Assembly: GCA_951406725.2 (NCBI GenBank)
Contig: OX597829.1
Span: forward strand, 2,232,001-2,296,000
Length of the DNA stretch: 64,000 nucleotides
Reading direction: 5' to 3'
Source of the DNA: Octopus vulgaris
Lineage: Eukaryota
The notes beneath the pieces are model-generated. The model did no database searches. It was not told the DNA's origin and worked only from the letters and a program-made list of their open reading frames with translations. Positions 1-13,333 of this stretch are shown piece by piece. Position 1 is the stretch's first letter. Every line of letters starts with the position of its first letter. The translations under genes were made by a program, and so were the position numbers.

Positions 1-260
1 CTGAAACATGTCTGCAGATGTCTGACTAGCAAGGTGAAGCGGCTGACCTCCCCTGTTCGAAGGTTGTAATGGATGCAGGTTCGTGTGTCATATAGCTAGC
101 TAGAGGCGATGGCCTCTTGGAGCTAATCAGCGACAGCTTTAGTCTTATATTTATAGACTGCCATGTTAGTATGGCGATAACTAATAATATCCAGTAACGC
201 TGCCGTAATCTCCTTTAGAGAGACTTAGTAATTTTAATATTTCTATTATATATATATATT

Positions 261-332
<72 letters not shown>

Positions 333-334
333 GC

Positions 335-1047
335 ATGGAACAACAAAGTGTAAATGATTTAAGAGGAAAACTGGATATAAGAAGCATCAAATGTTTTGTG
401 CAAGGAAGACTGTGCTGGTTTGGTAATGTGGTGTGTATGAATGAGGACAACTGCATGAAGATGTGGCAATCTCTAATTATGGAGGGAATCCAGGGAAGAG
501 GTAGGTCCAGGAAAACATGGGATGAGGTGGTGAAATATGATCTTCAGTTGTTGTGATTCATGGAGGTAATGACAAGTGACCGAGACTTTTGGCTAATTGC
601 CATGCTTAAGAAGACACGTCAAGGTAAGTGAAACTGTGACCATGGCCAGTACTGGTGACACGTAAAAGGCCTATATACTATATATATATCACCGTGATCA
701 CCGTGACCGACCAGGCTATCAGATGTTGCTACACATCGCTGGTCACAATGTGCTTCTCATTGTTTTAGCCTTCAAATAACGCCACCCCACTGGCTAAGTG
801 AGCAGGCCAACAGAAGAAAGAGTGAAAGAAAGTTATGGCGAAAGAGTACAGCAAAGATCGCACCCCGCCCCTCTGCTGGAGCCTCATGGAGCTTTAGGTG
901 TTTTCGCTCAATAAACACCCACAATGCCCGGTCTGGGAATCGAAACAGCTATCCTAAAACCACAAGTCCGCTGCCCTAACCACTGGGCCATTGTGCCTCC
1001 ACATATACTAGCATGAAAAACAGACGTTAAACGATGATGATGATGAT
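335..1047 (+). mobile_element. RTE-clade LINE 3' end, interrupted by a SINE
   Basis: RLCWFGNVVCM...GRGRSRKTWDEVVKYDL is an RTE C-terminus; 3' tail gacgttaaac(gat)n. Confidence 0.8.
689..1000 (-). mobile_element. tRNA-derived SINE family C (possibly octopus OR-type)
   Basis: A/B-box tRNA-like head; near-identical copies at 42779 and 44646. Confidence 0.85.
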
Positions 1048-1139
1048 ATCTACTCAGATTATACTTTGTAGATGTTTAGATTGGAACACTGATGTCAACC
1101 TATGGATGTCTGGAACCCATGCTGGGTAAGTCCATAAAG

Positions 1140-1455
1140 GGTAAACACCCCTTTGGTCATAAATGACCATGGGGTTACACCTAGAAAGTTACCCTCTGAG
1201 GAACTAGTCCAGGCAAGTTTGTTTATGAAAGACCAAGAGTTGCCAGTGCATACCAGTCGCCCTCTCTCCATGCCACCCATGTTGAAGGGAAAGACAAAGG
1301 CTGATCAACTCATTTCTACAGCTGAGTGAACAGGAGTAACACAAAATAAAAAGTGTCTTCTTCAAGAACACAACACACAGACTGGCCTAGGAATCGAACT
1401 CACTACCTAATGGGTTGTGAGCCCAATGCTGTAACCACAGAGCCATGCACCTGCA
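1140..1455 (-). mobile_element. Diverged SINE family D (MetaSINE-like)
   Basis: Homologous to 20605-20957. Confidence 0.6.
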
Positions 1456-1748
1456 CTAACACTTATACTAATCAGGAAAAAAGAAAAAGAAAGGAAGGAA
1501 GGAAGACTGAATGGAGGAAAGACAAAATAAAGAAAAACAAAAAAGAAAGATTGAAAGACGGAAAGCAACACAGACAGAAAGAAAAAGATAAAAAAAGAAG
1601 GAAGGAAAGAAAAGAGAGAAAGACACAAATAAAGGAATGGTAAATAATAAATCTGTCATTTGTTAATCCATGTTAATCCACCTACAATGACAATAATAAA
1701 GGCGCTGTTGGTCCATCCACCCTTACTGAAAGACACCTCAATAATGGT

Positions 1749-2395
<647 letters not shown>

Positions 2396-2416
2396 TATAT
2401 ATATATATATATATAA

Positions 2417-3060
2417 TGTTGTATTTAGGAATGGTCATTTTGCCAGGTTAGCCAATAAAAACACACGCACTATATATTTGGTGTTACTTTGCTTCAACAT
2501 TATTTATTTTTTACATTAATCTTAATCTTATTTACAGACGAATAAACAAATGGAAGTAAATAACTATATACATTAAAAAAAATAATAATAATAAAAAAAC
2601 AAGTAGGTGTAAAAACATGAACAAAATAAAAATAAACAAAAACAAATTACATGAACATGTATAAACAGGAGATACAAATATTACAGGCTTCCCCCCCACA
2701 CACACACTAACTAACTAAACATAGACACACATAGAGGTATATGCATGCACAAATAAAGACACATACAATAGGAATACAAAATAGAAAATGGCTGACCGTT
2801 AGTTAGGAGAGACACACAAATAAGAAAGAAGAAAGCAAAGGACCACTGATGAGGTCACAGAAGTGTGATGAAAGAACTCTGAATGAAATAAGAATTAAGA
2901 TTAATGTAAAAAATAAATAACGCTGACGCAAAGTAACACCAAATATATAGTGTGTGTGTTTTTATTGTCTAAACTGGCAAAATGACCATTCCGAAATACA
3001 ACAATATCTGTTTCAACACACAATTTCACATCAAGAATCTTGCAAAACAAATATATAAAT
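2417..3060. mobile_element. Penelope-like remnant with ~117-bp inverted arms
   Basis: 2417-2533 is the reverse complement of 2886-3003; hammerhead core in the spacer; same sequence family at 22674-22820. Confidence 0.55.
2841..2885 (+). ncRNA. Hammerhead-like motif truncated at an inversion breakpoint
   Basis: GACCA-CTGATGA-GGTCAC AGAAGT GTGAT-GAAA-GAAC-TC-TG. Stem I 3' strand only partly complementary; abuts the inverted-repeat arm at 2886. Confidence 0.45.
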
Positions 3061-3085
3061 GTATGCCTATATATTTATATAATTT

Positions 3086-3490
3086 ATTATTTGTTTCAGT
3101 CATTAGACTGCAGCCATGCTGGAGCATCACGTTGAAGAATTTTTAGTTGAATGACTCAACCCAGTACATATTCTTTGTAAACCTGGTACTTATGCTATCG
3201 GTCTCTTTCGCCAAACCAATAAGTTACTGGGACATAAACACACCAACACTAGTTTTGAAGCGGTAGTGAAGACACAAATACAAAGACATACAAGCACAAA
3301 GACACACACACATATAAATATATGATGGGCTTCTTTCAGTTTCCATCAACAAAATCCACTCATAAGGCTTTGGTTGACCCAAGCCTATAGTAGAAGATAG
3401 ACACTTGTCCAAAGTACTATGTAGAGGGAATGAACCCAGAACCATTTGTTTGGAAAGCAAACTCCTTACCACACAGCCACACCTGTGTGC
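3086..3490 (-). mobile_element. tRNA-derived SINE family A (diverged)
   Basis: Homologous to the many family A copies. Confidence 0.8.
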
Positions 3491-3631
3491 ATGTGTGTGT
3501 GTGTGTGTATGTGTGTGTAAGCAAAATTCAAGGTTATTTATATAGACAGGGATGAATACTGACTGCTTGGAGGTGGAGAGGGAGTGATGCCTTTGTTGGA
3601 GTAGCTCTGTCTGCCTATTCTTCCACCTCCT

Positions 3632-3706
3632 ACAACAACTACTACTACTACTACTACTACTATCACCACCACTACTACTACTACTACTATCACCACTACT
3701 ATCACC

Positions 3707-3749
<43 letters not shown>

Positions 3750-3761
3750 TCACCACCACTG

Positions 3762-3837
<76 letters not shown>

Positions 3838-3965
3838 AGTGAACAGTACTGCTACTAATGTAACGCTATTATTGCTGACAACGATGATGCAGTTCTGATT
3901 ACCACCACCACCACCACCACCACCACCATCAGCATCACCACCACCATCAGCACCACCAGTACTAT
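3632..3965. repeat. (TAC)n/(CAC)n/(TGC)n trinucleotide tract
   Basis: Direct reading. Confidence 0.95.
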
Positions 3966-4459
3966 TAGCATTACTAAGGCCTTGAAGTAATAAAAGAAAG
4001 TGAAGGAAACTGTGCAGCTGTCATTCTTTCTTTTTCTGTTTTTTCTCCTGTGACAATTTGATTAGATACTGAAAGAATTGGTTAAAAGGTTAACATGTCA
4101 GAGAGCATTCATTGTCACCTTCACCACCACCACCACCACCACCACCACCACAACTACTTCAAGCTCTTCTGTCTACATATAAAATTGTTTACCATTTTAT
4201 TTTTTTATGGTTCCACACACACACACACACACATTGTTATATTTGGGGGTGGTCATATTTTTATTCCAATTAACCATGTCACTATACACTTGATCTTCAC
4301 TTCTGGTTTATTTATTACCAGACAGGACAGGAGCAGACATCTGGGACAAAGAGTCACTGAAGGGGTCACAGGACACAAGTGACAAAGGATTTCAGACAAA
4401 GTACATAACAACAACAACAACAACAATAATAACAATAATAATAATAATAATAATAATAA

Positions 4460-4611
4460 TCATCGTTTAACATCCGCTTTCCATGCTAGCATGGGTTGGA
4501 CAAATGACTGAGGACTGGTGAGCCAGATGGCTGCACCAGGCTCCAATCTGATCTGGTAGAGTTTCTAAAGCTGGATGCCCTTCCTAATGCCAACCACTCC
4601 AAGAGTGTAGT
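4460..4611 (-). mobile_element. RTE LINE 3' UTR fragment (family E)
   Basis: Shared gtttaac.tccgc...ggatgcccttcctaa sequence. Confidence 0.75.
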
Positions 4612-4630
4612 TAATAATAATAATAATAAT

Positions 4631-5758
4631 GTTCCAGAAAGTCACTCTCTATACACTCCTTTCTGCTTGGCACTGATACCTTTATCTGACATGCTAAACA
4701 AAACTGGATGTGAATGCAACTGTTACAGCAAAACAATCAGCCACCTCTTATATATGGATGACCTAAAACTGTATGTTACAAATGATAAACATCTGGAAAC
4801 ATTACTACAGACAGTACATGGATTTACCAAAGAAATAAACATGTGCCAAAGCAACCTTGAAAAGAGGAAAACTAGTTAAGAGGACCAACATCATACTAGA
4901 TAAAGCAAATTAAATAAGAGAATTAGACCAAAGCTAGACATACAAATACTTAGGAATCAATGAACTAGATATGATACAACACACACAAATGAAAGAGAAG
5001 AATACTATAGACGAGTTAGATTAATACTGAAAACAGAGCTTAATGCGAGAAACAAGATAAGAGGTATCAACACTCTAGCCGTTCCAGTTATAAGTTACAG
5101 CTACAATATTCTTAACTGGACTCTAAATGAACTAATCAAGAAAAACAATGACAGGATTTAGGATACACCACTCAAAATCTGACATAGAAAGGTTATATAT
5201 ATGATGTATAGAAGGTTGTAGAAGCCTTATACAGCTAGAAAACTATTACAAAATAACCACCATAGGACTGCAAAAATACCTACTTCAGAAGCAAGGATAT
5301 ATAATACAAATAGCCACAAAAGACAAACGAAACAAAAAACTGTTTTCTGTCTTTAAGGAAGTTAACAAATACGAAAAAAAAAAAGAAGATAAATGTCATA
5401 GTCACTAACAACTATAAAGAAAAAGAAGAAACAACAAAAGCTGTAAAACAACAAAAATCCCAAATAAAACTGAACAGCAACCCATCATGATAGAATGATG
5501 GCAAAAAAGCCCCCATATGAAAAATACTGGGTTAAGCTAAATAGTAAAGAAATAGACAAAGCAAAATCTCAACAATGGCTGAAAAGCTCAGGACTCAAAG
5601 CAGAGACTGAAGGATTTTTAATTGCAGCACAAGACCAAAGCTTTCCCACCAGAAATCACCAAAAACATGTAACGAAAATAAATACAAGTAACTGCAGAAT
5701 ATGTGGAGATGGACAAGAAACAATAAATCATAAACATACATATACATACATATATACA

Positions 5759-5817
<59 letters not shown>

Positions 5818-6029
5818 AATGTGACCGCCTATGTACTGTTGGCAATATTTTTTCCTCCGTCTTCCCTTCTTTGGATCTTTCCTTTTCCTATGTTTCTGAC
5901 GAAGAGCTCCACTCGAAACATAAAACCCTCCTTCTTCCCTTTCTTCCTGAGTGTCCAATAACACTATACTTGTTCCACGTCCTTGTGTTGTTGTGTTTTC
6001 TCTTTGTGTTTTCATGTTTGGATTAACTT

Positions 6030-6067
<38 letters not shown>

Positions 6068-7425
6068 CACACAGAGAGGGATATGCATACACACATATAC
6101 ATATGCATACACATACATCTATATAAGCATGGCATATGTATATGTATGCTATGGCCATATAAGTCATGGACAGGCAAAGTAATTTACCTCTGATCCTGTT
6201 GGGAATGTGATGCCGACATGCCACAAAAATGGCAAAACACTGATATTCATCACACCTAGATAGGATTAAGGGTGAGTTATTGCATCTATCCATGATTCTA
6301 AGGAGCTTTTACACCCAGCGCTTTGAGAGGGTATTCTCTACAACACCAACAGCAACAATAGATACAAGGACCTTGAAACAGAGGTTTCAAGAATATGGCA
6401 TCTAAGAATAACAACTCTACTTGTGATTAACAGAGCTTTGGGTTTGCTACCAAATGGTGCTCTTAAAACACAATGGCTAAATACCAGGAAACCCAAAAGT
6501 ATCAGAACTACAAGAGAATTGTTTCCATAGTACTGTCCACATCCTAAGAAAAACATTGTTAATCTTTTCTTCTGTAGAAATTTCTATCGTTACACATTAA
6601 AAAATATATATATATAGCTGCTGTAAGACAATTTGCTAAAAGATTCCGATTCCTTCAGCTTAACCAAACTATTGAGATCCTGAAGGGTTAAAGTTTTTGA
6701 AAATTGAAATGCTACAAATTTTATAGGATCTTAGTTCTCAGATTCTAGTCTCCTTTCCATACAATATATCATTGCTTATCATAAACAAAACTCATAGTAA
6801 AATGTTTACTTGAGGTAATGTTTACATGAGATTTGGAACACCTCATATAAAACAAAACAACGACAATGTAAATAGTAAGCTGTGCAGGCACTGTAGAATG
6901 CTAACAGGAAAAAGATGTATAGATATATCCCAGAAAAGGCCTTACAAAATGACAAAGCAACCACACTCTGGGGTATGCCAATACATGGATAGGAAGATGA
7001 AGATAACCAGCCAGATATTGTTGTAACACCTTCTAATCAACACACTAATCTCAATCTCAACAGATGGCAGTGCATCTGAAATAGAGAAACTCTCAAAATA
7101 CAAAGATCTGGGAACAGAAGTAATCTGGATGTGGAACAGAAGTAATCTGGATGTGAGACCTAAGACAGAAAGAGTCTATAATAAAAATAGGTGCTTTAGG
7201 TATGGTCAAAAAAAACATGCAGGCAAATACATAACCGAAACAGCAGGACTTATGAATATATATATAACATACAGACAATAGCACGACCAGGTGCTGCACA
7301 CATCTTACGTAAAGCATTTTTAATTTAGTATAAATAACACTACCAAAACAAAGCACAGCACATGCCCAAGGCACACAGAGTTGTACTTGGAAGGCAGTGA
7401 TAGCACACAATAAAAGACAACTGAA
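4631..7425 (+). pseudogene. 5'-truncated R4/Dong-like (RLE) non-LTR retrotransposon, fragmented
   Basis: RT motif SHLLYMDDLKLY, ETEGFLIAAQDQ, zinc knuckle CRICGDGQETINH, REL endonuclease remnants (EKLSKYKDL at ~7085; second copy RYKDLETEV at ~6360). Many stops; interrupted 5730-6850. Confidence 0.85.
5892..5926 (+). ncRNA. Minimal hammerhead-like motif
   Basis: GTTT-CTGACGA-A GAG CTCCA CTC-GAAA-CA-TA-AAAC. Stem III probably CG>CA mutated. Lies in a ~210-bp module between (TA)n tracts. Confidence 0.6.
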
Positions 7426-7603
7426 TGACAATAACAACAACAATAACAACAGCAGCAACACCGCCACCACTGCCACCACCAACATGAACAACAACAACAA
7501 CAACAGTGTATCTCTAAAAGAAATGGAAAAACTCTCAAAATAAAAAAAAACTGGAAATAATAATAACCCAAATGTAAAAGCTGAAGGCAGCAACAATCCT
7601 TAT

Positions 7604-7700
7604 TAACCCATTGAGTCCCACTGTCCTATAAATAGGACACTAAATGAGAATATTAAATAAACTATATCACATTGTCTCAGTGTCCTATTCATAGGAGACC
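7604..7700 (+). mobile_element. piggyBac-like left terminus
   Basis: TTAA-CCCATTGAG followed by repeated palindromic tgtcctat..atagga motifs; no partner end found. Confidence 0.4.
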
Positions 7701-7819
7701 GAGTATTTCCATTTCTACTTGAAGTAAAGGAGTTTTAATAATTATTCTTTTTTTTTTATTTTAACCTATTTCCATTCATCTGTAAAAAATTTTAAATACT
7801 CAGAAATCTAAATAGTAGA

Positions 7820-7901
7820 GAGGCTCGAACTGACCTGGTCCACCATGTTATCGTAAAAGGTCTTTTACGATAATATGGTGGACCAGGTCAGTTCGAGCCT
7901 C
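7820..7901. repeat. 82-nt near-perfect palindrome
   Basis: 40-bp arms with one G-T pair and a 2-nt centre. Confidence 0.95.
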
Positions 7902-8296
7902 CCTAATACTATAATGTAAACTTTTTTGAACTCATAATATTCTGTGCATGTATGAATATACAGATACAATACCAATATTCCACTGAACTTTTTAATAATT
8001 CCTTCTGAAAACTATCTTTAACAGTTTCTTGAGAATGTATATATATGTTGTAATCTTTTGTGCCCAATATTTTAATGAACTTGTTAAACTTTTTTATGTT
8101 CTTAACATGTTCTTGTTACCAAAGAATCTATATATGTATTGAAGCATTTTGTGACAACCAATAACTAACACAACCAAACTTTTACATGTTACTTTTGACA
8201 ATCTTTTTCTGTAAAGTGAAACCAGTAAAGTAAATAAACATCTTTTAAAATTGCATTTTAAAACCTTCTTTCATATATTTATATATATATACATAC

Positions 8297-8367
<71 letters not shown>

Positions 8368-8391
8368 GTATATATATATATAAATAATATG

Positions 8392-8426
<35 letters not shown>

Positions 8427-9004
8427 GATAGAAAATAGCATTACTAGGCACTGCATACATCCCACGTAAAGTACTTTTAATACAGGGAAACTAACAATGC
8501 TAAAACATGTCCTCCAAAAGTACTCAGAGTTGTGCTCAGTTGAGCAGTGAAAGCATGTGATAATAATAAGACTACTGAAAAATAATGATGATAATTAATA
8601 TATCCCATCCACTAACCTATCATCTCCATATGAAATATATATTTTACATTATATGCATCAAGGCTCCTTTGAATTCAAATGCAAAGCCGTTACGAAGCAT
8701 AAATGAACAAATGCCCTAAACAATAACGATGTAGTGAAAAGTTTTTTATTTTATGCTAAAGAGAATTAAAGTAACCTAATGCGATATTTGCTATTAATAA
8801 GGGAGGAAAAGAAAATGAAAGATCTTAAGATAGCAAACTCACCCACCCACCCACCCACTGCAAACCCTCCAGATGAAGAAAAAAATCGATAATAAAGTAA
8901 ATTGTGATAATTCTGTTTAGTTAATTACTTTAACAGAAACTATAATTCTGAAGCATTAAAATCAATAAGTATTTTAATAACTTTCAAAGAAAGGGAATGG
9001 GTGG

Positions 9005-9018
9005 GTGAGAGAGGGGAT

Positions 9019-9055
<37 letters not shown>

Positions 9056-9440
9056 GACAGAGAGAGAAAATGAGAGAGAGAAAGTGAGAGAAAGAGAGAG
9101 AGCAAGAGAGGGAGGGAGAGAGAGAAAGAGAGAAAGAGGGAGAGGGAGAGAAAGAGGGGAGGGAGGGGAAGGGAAAAGGGAGAAAGAGAGAGAGAAAGAG
9201 AAAGTAAGAGAGAGGGTGAGAGAGAGAAAGTGAGAGAGAGAGAGAAAGTGAGAGAGAGAGAGCAAGAAAGGGAGAGAGAAAGAGAGAAAGAGGGAGAGAA
9301 AGAGAGAGGGGAGGGGAGGGGGAAGGGGAGAAAGAGTGAGAGAGAGAGAAAGTGAGAGAGAGAGCAAGAAAGGGAGAGAGAGAAAGAGGGAGAGGGAGAG
9401 AAAGAGAGAGGGGGAGGGGAGGAGGAAAGGGAGAAAGAGT

Positions 9441-9475
<35 letters not shown>

Positions 9476-9590
9476 GAAATGAAGGAATAGGCGAAAGTGA
9501 GATTGGGCAAAGAAAAAAAAGGAATGAGCAAGAAAGGTGAAAGGCAAGAAGGGTGGCATAGAAAGAAATAGAGAGGGAAGAGAACAGAGA
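9005..9590. repeat. Polypurine (GA-rich) low-complexity tract
   Basis: Direct reading. Confidence 0.95.
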
Positions 9591-9999
9591 GACTGGTTGA
9601 ATGCTTTTATTCCTTATGTTCCTTACGATGCCAAAGACCGTGAGAATTGTGTGCACCGAGAGATGAGGTCTTCTACAGAACGAATGCTCTTTGTTGTTAT
9701 CAAGCTTCAAGTCAAATCTACTTTGGAAGTTCAATGATCAAAGCCCTGACTATCATGTCTTTTATGTTCAGAAACTTAAGTTATCCAATGTGTCCCCTTT
9801 TTTCTCAAGATGACAGGGGTGCGATTTCCTGCAGATTTCATTGTTATTTTTAGAATGTTGAGTAATGATATAGAGCAGTATTCTGCAACTAGTTTTTACC
9901 TATAGACCCCTTTTGTTCTTACTTTAATTGGGTGGACTTTCATAACCGTTTGAGGTTTTAAAAAATCCTATTATATTTTTATAATTAAATATTATTAGG

Positions 10000-10940
10000 A
10001 GGAGTAGGAGGCTTTTAGAGAAGCAGTAATGAGATGTGCCGCCGAGGTATGTGGTACATGAATTGTTGGAATGGGTGTGAGGAAAGGTAGTGAGTGGTGG
10101 AATGAGCAGGTAAGGGATACAGTGGCAGAGAAAAGGGCCGTTGAAAAGTGGTTGAGGAAAGGAGATGGAGAGGCTTATGATCATTACAGAGAAGTGAAGA
10201 GGAGAGTGAAGAGTGGTGAGAGTAGCAAAATGGGAGGTGAGTGAAAGGTTCGGGTAAAAGTGGAGTGAACATTTTGTGAGAAGTAAAACGAGGTTTTGGA
10301 AAGAGGTAAAGAGGCGGCTGGAGGAAGGGAAGAGAGGGTGAAGGGTGTAAATGGAAATTTGTTGAAAGGAAGTGAGGAGGATATACGGTGGAGATGGGCA
10401 GAGTATTTTAGTGAGCTGTTGAATGTGGAGGATGTTAGGGAGGCAAGTATAGTAGGTCTAGGAGGAGAGAGGAGAATGCCTGTTGGGGAATGGAACTGGA
10501 AGGTGCCAGGTATAGATGGGTGTACAGTGGAATGCCTAAAGGAAGGAGGAGTGACAGTGATTGAACGGGTAGTGAGGGTCATGAATGTTTGTTATATGGC
10601 TGGAAGAGCACCAAAGGACTCATGCGGTGCCTGTATAGTGCCATTGAGGAACAAGAGGAAAGAGGATAAATGTGAGTGTGGATATTTTAGGGGTATAAGT
10701 TTGTTGTGTATTGTTGGTAAACTGTATGGGAGAATTCTGATTGTTAGGGAGAGGAACCGGACAGAGTGTACCAGGGGAGGAACAGTGTGGTTTTAGAAGT
10801 GGAAGGAGATGTACAGATCAAATATTTGTAGTAAAATGTGTGAGAGGTTTTTGGCAAAAGGGAGGGAGGTGTATTGGGTCTTTATGTAAATAGAGGAGGC
10901 ATATGACCCTGTGGATAGGGATGCAATGTGGCAGGTGTTC
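10000..10940 (+). pseudogene. RTE-clade LINE reverse-transcriptase N-terminal fragment
   Basis: RWAEYFSELLN, KVPGIDG, CIVPL, FRGISLLCIVGKLYGRIL, then frameshifted EQCGFRSGRRCTDQIF. Confidence 0.88.
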
Positions 10941-11651
10941 CTCATTAGCTCCTCATGTTAGTGTTCCATTGAAGGTTATAAATGTATGTTTGTATGCAGT
11001 GGAATATATACATCTATGTATATATGCCTACCTATGTATGCACATATTTATATATATATATATATACACACACACATATATGTATGTATATATGCTTGTA
11101 GCCAGGCAGATAGACAAACAGACAAATATGCTCACACACGTCTATATGGATACATGTATTTGTATATTTATATTTATGTGCATGCATATGGAGGTTTATA
11201 CTGAGTTTTATAATTAATTTCTGCAGTAAAATTCGGCAAACAACAACTGTGTGAAGTCAAAGGAGCAACTGATGCCCGCGTGTGCATGCATGCATGTATG
11301 CATGTGTGTGTGTGTGTGCATTTGCACGTGGGTGCATGTGTGTGTCTCCAGCTCAACCCCAATCATCCTTACCCTCTCTTCTAAAATTTAAGTGGCTATG
11401 TAGCACCTCTACAGCAAGAAGTCTGTTCTGCTCTGTCTCCTTTCCCCATACTCTAAACCCCTCATCTCAAAGCATAATGTCTTGGAGGCTTATAGTCTTG
11501 CAAGCAGCATAAGGACTTCACTAGCATTGTTGGAATGAAAAATGTTTGCAGAATATGCGGCAAAATGGTTGGCATTACGAAAGGCATTCAGATGTAGAAA
11601 CCTATAGCACTGATGCAGTCCTTGGGACCAATGGATCCTGTCAAACCATCT

Positions 11652-11987
11652 CAAACCAACGGCGCTTAAGGTGTTTGGTCATGCAGCCTAGTGTCCAGAG
11701 GGTGAGCTGATTTGCAATGTCCTCCTCCCACCTCTACTTCCCAAATGGCACAAATGCATGGGCAGGCAGCTGAAGAACTGGGCAATGACGATAAAGAGGA
11801 CCTCTCCGAACTCTCAGGTCCGCAGGTGGTCAGTCTACGCAGATGGAACCGCAAATGGCTCGCAATCTCCAGTGACCTCACACAGGACCGTCGAGTGTGG
11901 GCTGCCATGTTTTGTGATGCCGTCAGGACCAGAGAAGAAGCCAGCTCAACCCGCTCTGGGTGAACGCCATCACAAGTACAAGGAAGA
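11652..11987 (+). mobile_element. RTE LINE 3' fragment (distinct family) with 9-bp TSD
   Basis: Decayed LRxFGHAA...DLTQDRRVWAAM..STRSG*; caagta tail; aaaccatct duplicated on both sides. Confidence 0.75.
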
Positions 11988-12016
11988 AAACCATCTAATC
12001 CATGCTTGCTCATGTG

Positions 12017-12312
12017 CAAAGCCTTGTGAGTGGATTTGGTAGACAGAAACTGAAAGAAGCCCATCGTATATATGTAAATATATATATATATGCGTGTGTG
12101 TGTTTGTGTGTCTGTGTTTGTCCCCCTAGCATTGCTTGACAACCGATGCTGGTGTGTTTACATCCCCGTCACTTAGCGGTTCGGCAAAAGAGACTGATAG
12201 AATAAGTACTGGGCTTACAAAAGAATAAGTCCCAGGGTCATTTGCTTGATTAAAGGCAGTGCTCCAGCATGGCCACAGTCAAATGACTGAAACAAGTAAA
12301 AGAGTAAAGAGT
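12017..12312 (+). mobile_element. SINE family A, 5' truncated
   Basis: Family homology. Confidence 0.85.
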
Positions 12313-12637
12313 ATATAAGTACATGTGTAAGTGTACATGTTTTCACCTCCTTCTATATTCATTACACACGAACTGTAAACGAAAATCACCATCTCACAAG
12401 CAGTGTCGACAGTTTGCACTCTTTTAAAGGACTAAAGGCAATATTAACTTCCTTGAAAATGGGTGAGGTTTTGAGGATTTCATGGACCCAAGCAAAGGTG
12501 GAAAAGTGGACAGTAAAATGATGATGATTTTATAAATGTGTGTGTGTGTGTGTGTGTGTTTGTACATATCAAGTAAGAATAATTCCCAGGTAGCAGTGGA
12601 TTCTCGAGCTCTCTATCAATAATTATCATTTATATAG

Positions 12638-13030
12638 ATGCAAGAGTGGCTGTGTGGTAAGTAGCTTGCTTACCAACCACATGGTTCCAGGTTCAGTCCC
12701 ATTGTGTGGCACCTTGGGCAAGTGTCTTCTACTATAGGCTCGGGCAGACCAAAGCCTTGTAGACAGAAACTTAAAGAAACCCGTCGTATATATGTATATA
12801 TATGTGTGTGTGTGTATATGTTTGTGTGCCTGAGTTTGTCCCCCCAACATCGCTTGACAACCGATGCTGGTGTGTTTACGTCTCCGTAACTTAGCGGTTC
12901 GGCAAAAGAGACCGATAGAATAAGTACTAGGCTTACAAAGAATAAGTCCTGGGGGTCGATTTCCTCGACTAAAGGCAGTGCTCCAGCATGGCTGCAGTCA
13001 AATGACTTAAACAAGTAAAAGAGTAAAAGA
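12638..13030 (+). mobile_element. SINE family A
   Basis: tRNA-like head ggctgtgtggtaag...ggttcagtccc; tail gaaacaagtaaaagagta. Confidence 0.9.
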
Positions 13031-13333
13031 ATAATAGTCTTGCAAGATTAATCATGATGGTCTTGGCATTAGGTATTTGATCTCAACACAATAATTCATT
13101 GGAGACGTCTTTGCAATAAAAACCAGACCTTGTATTGAATCTGTTCTGTTATTTCTTCAAACCATAAGTATAAAGAATAAAATCTAGTAAAATATTTTGT
13201 AATGTCCATTATTAGAGCAAAAAGATAACTGAATCTTCTACCTATGAAACTAGAACCGACTGGAAATATATCAAAGAGCTTAGAATTTATATGCTGCTCC
13301 AGTGGAAATGCTTTAACCTATTCCACATAGAAT

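Noticed and set aside
8940-9734. 264-aa Ser/Leu-rich ORF
   Set aside because: Translation of a CT/GA low-complexity tract.
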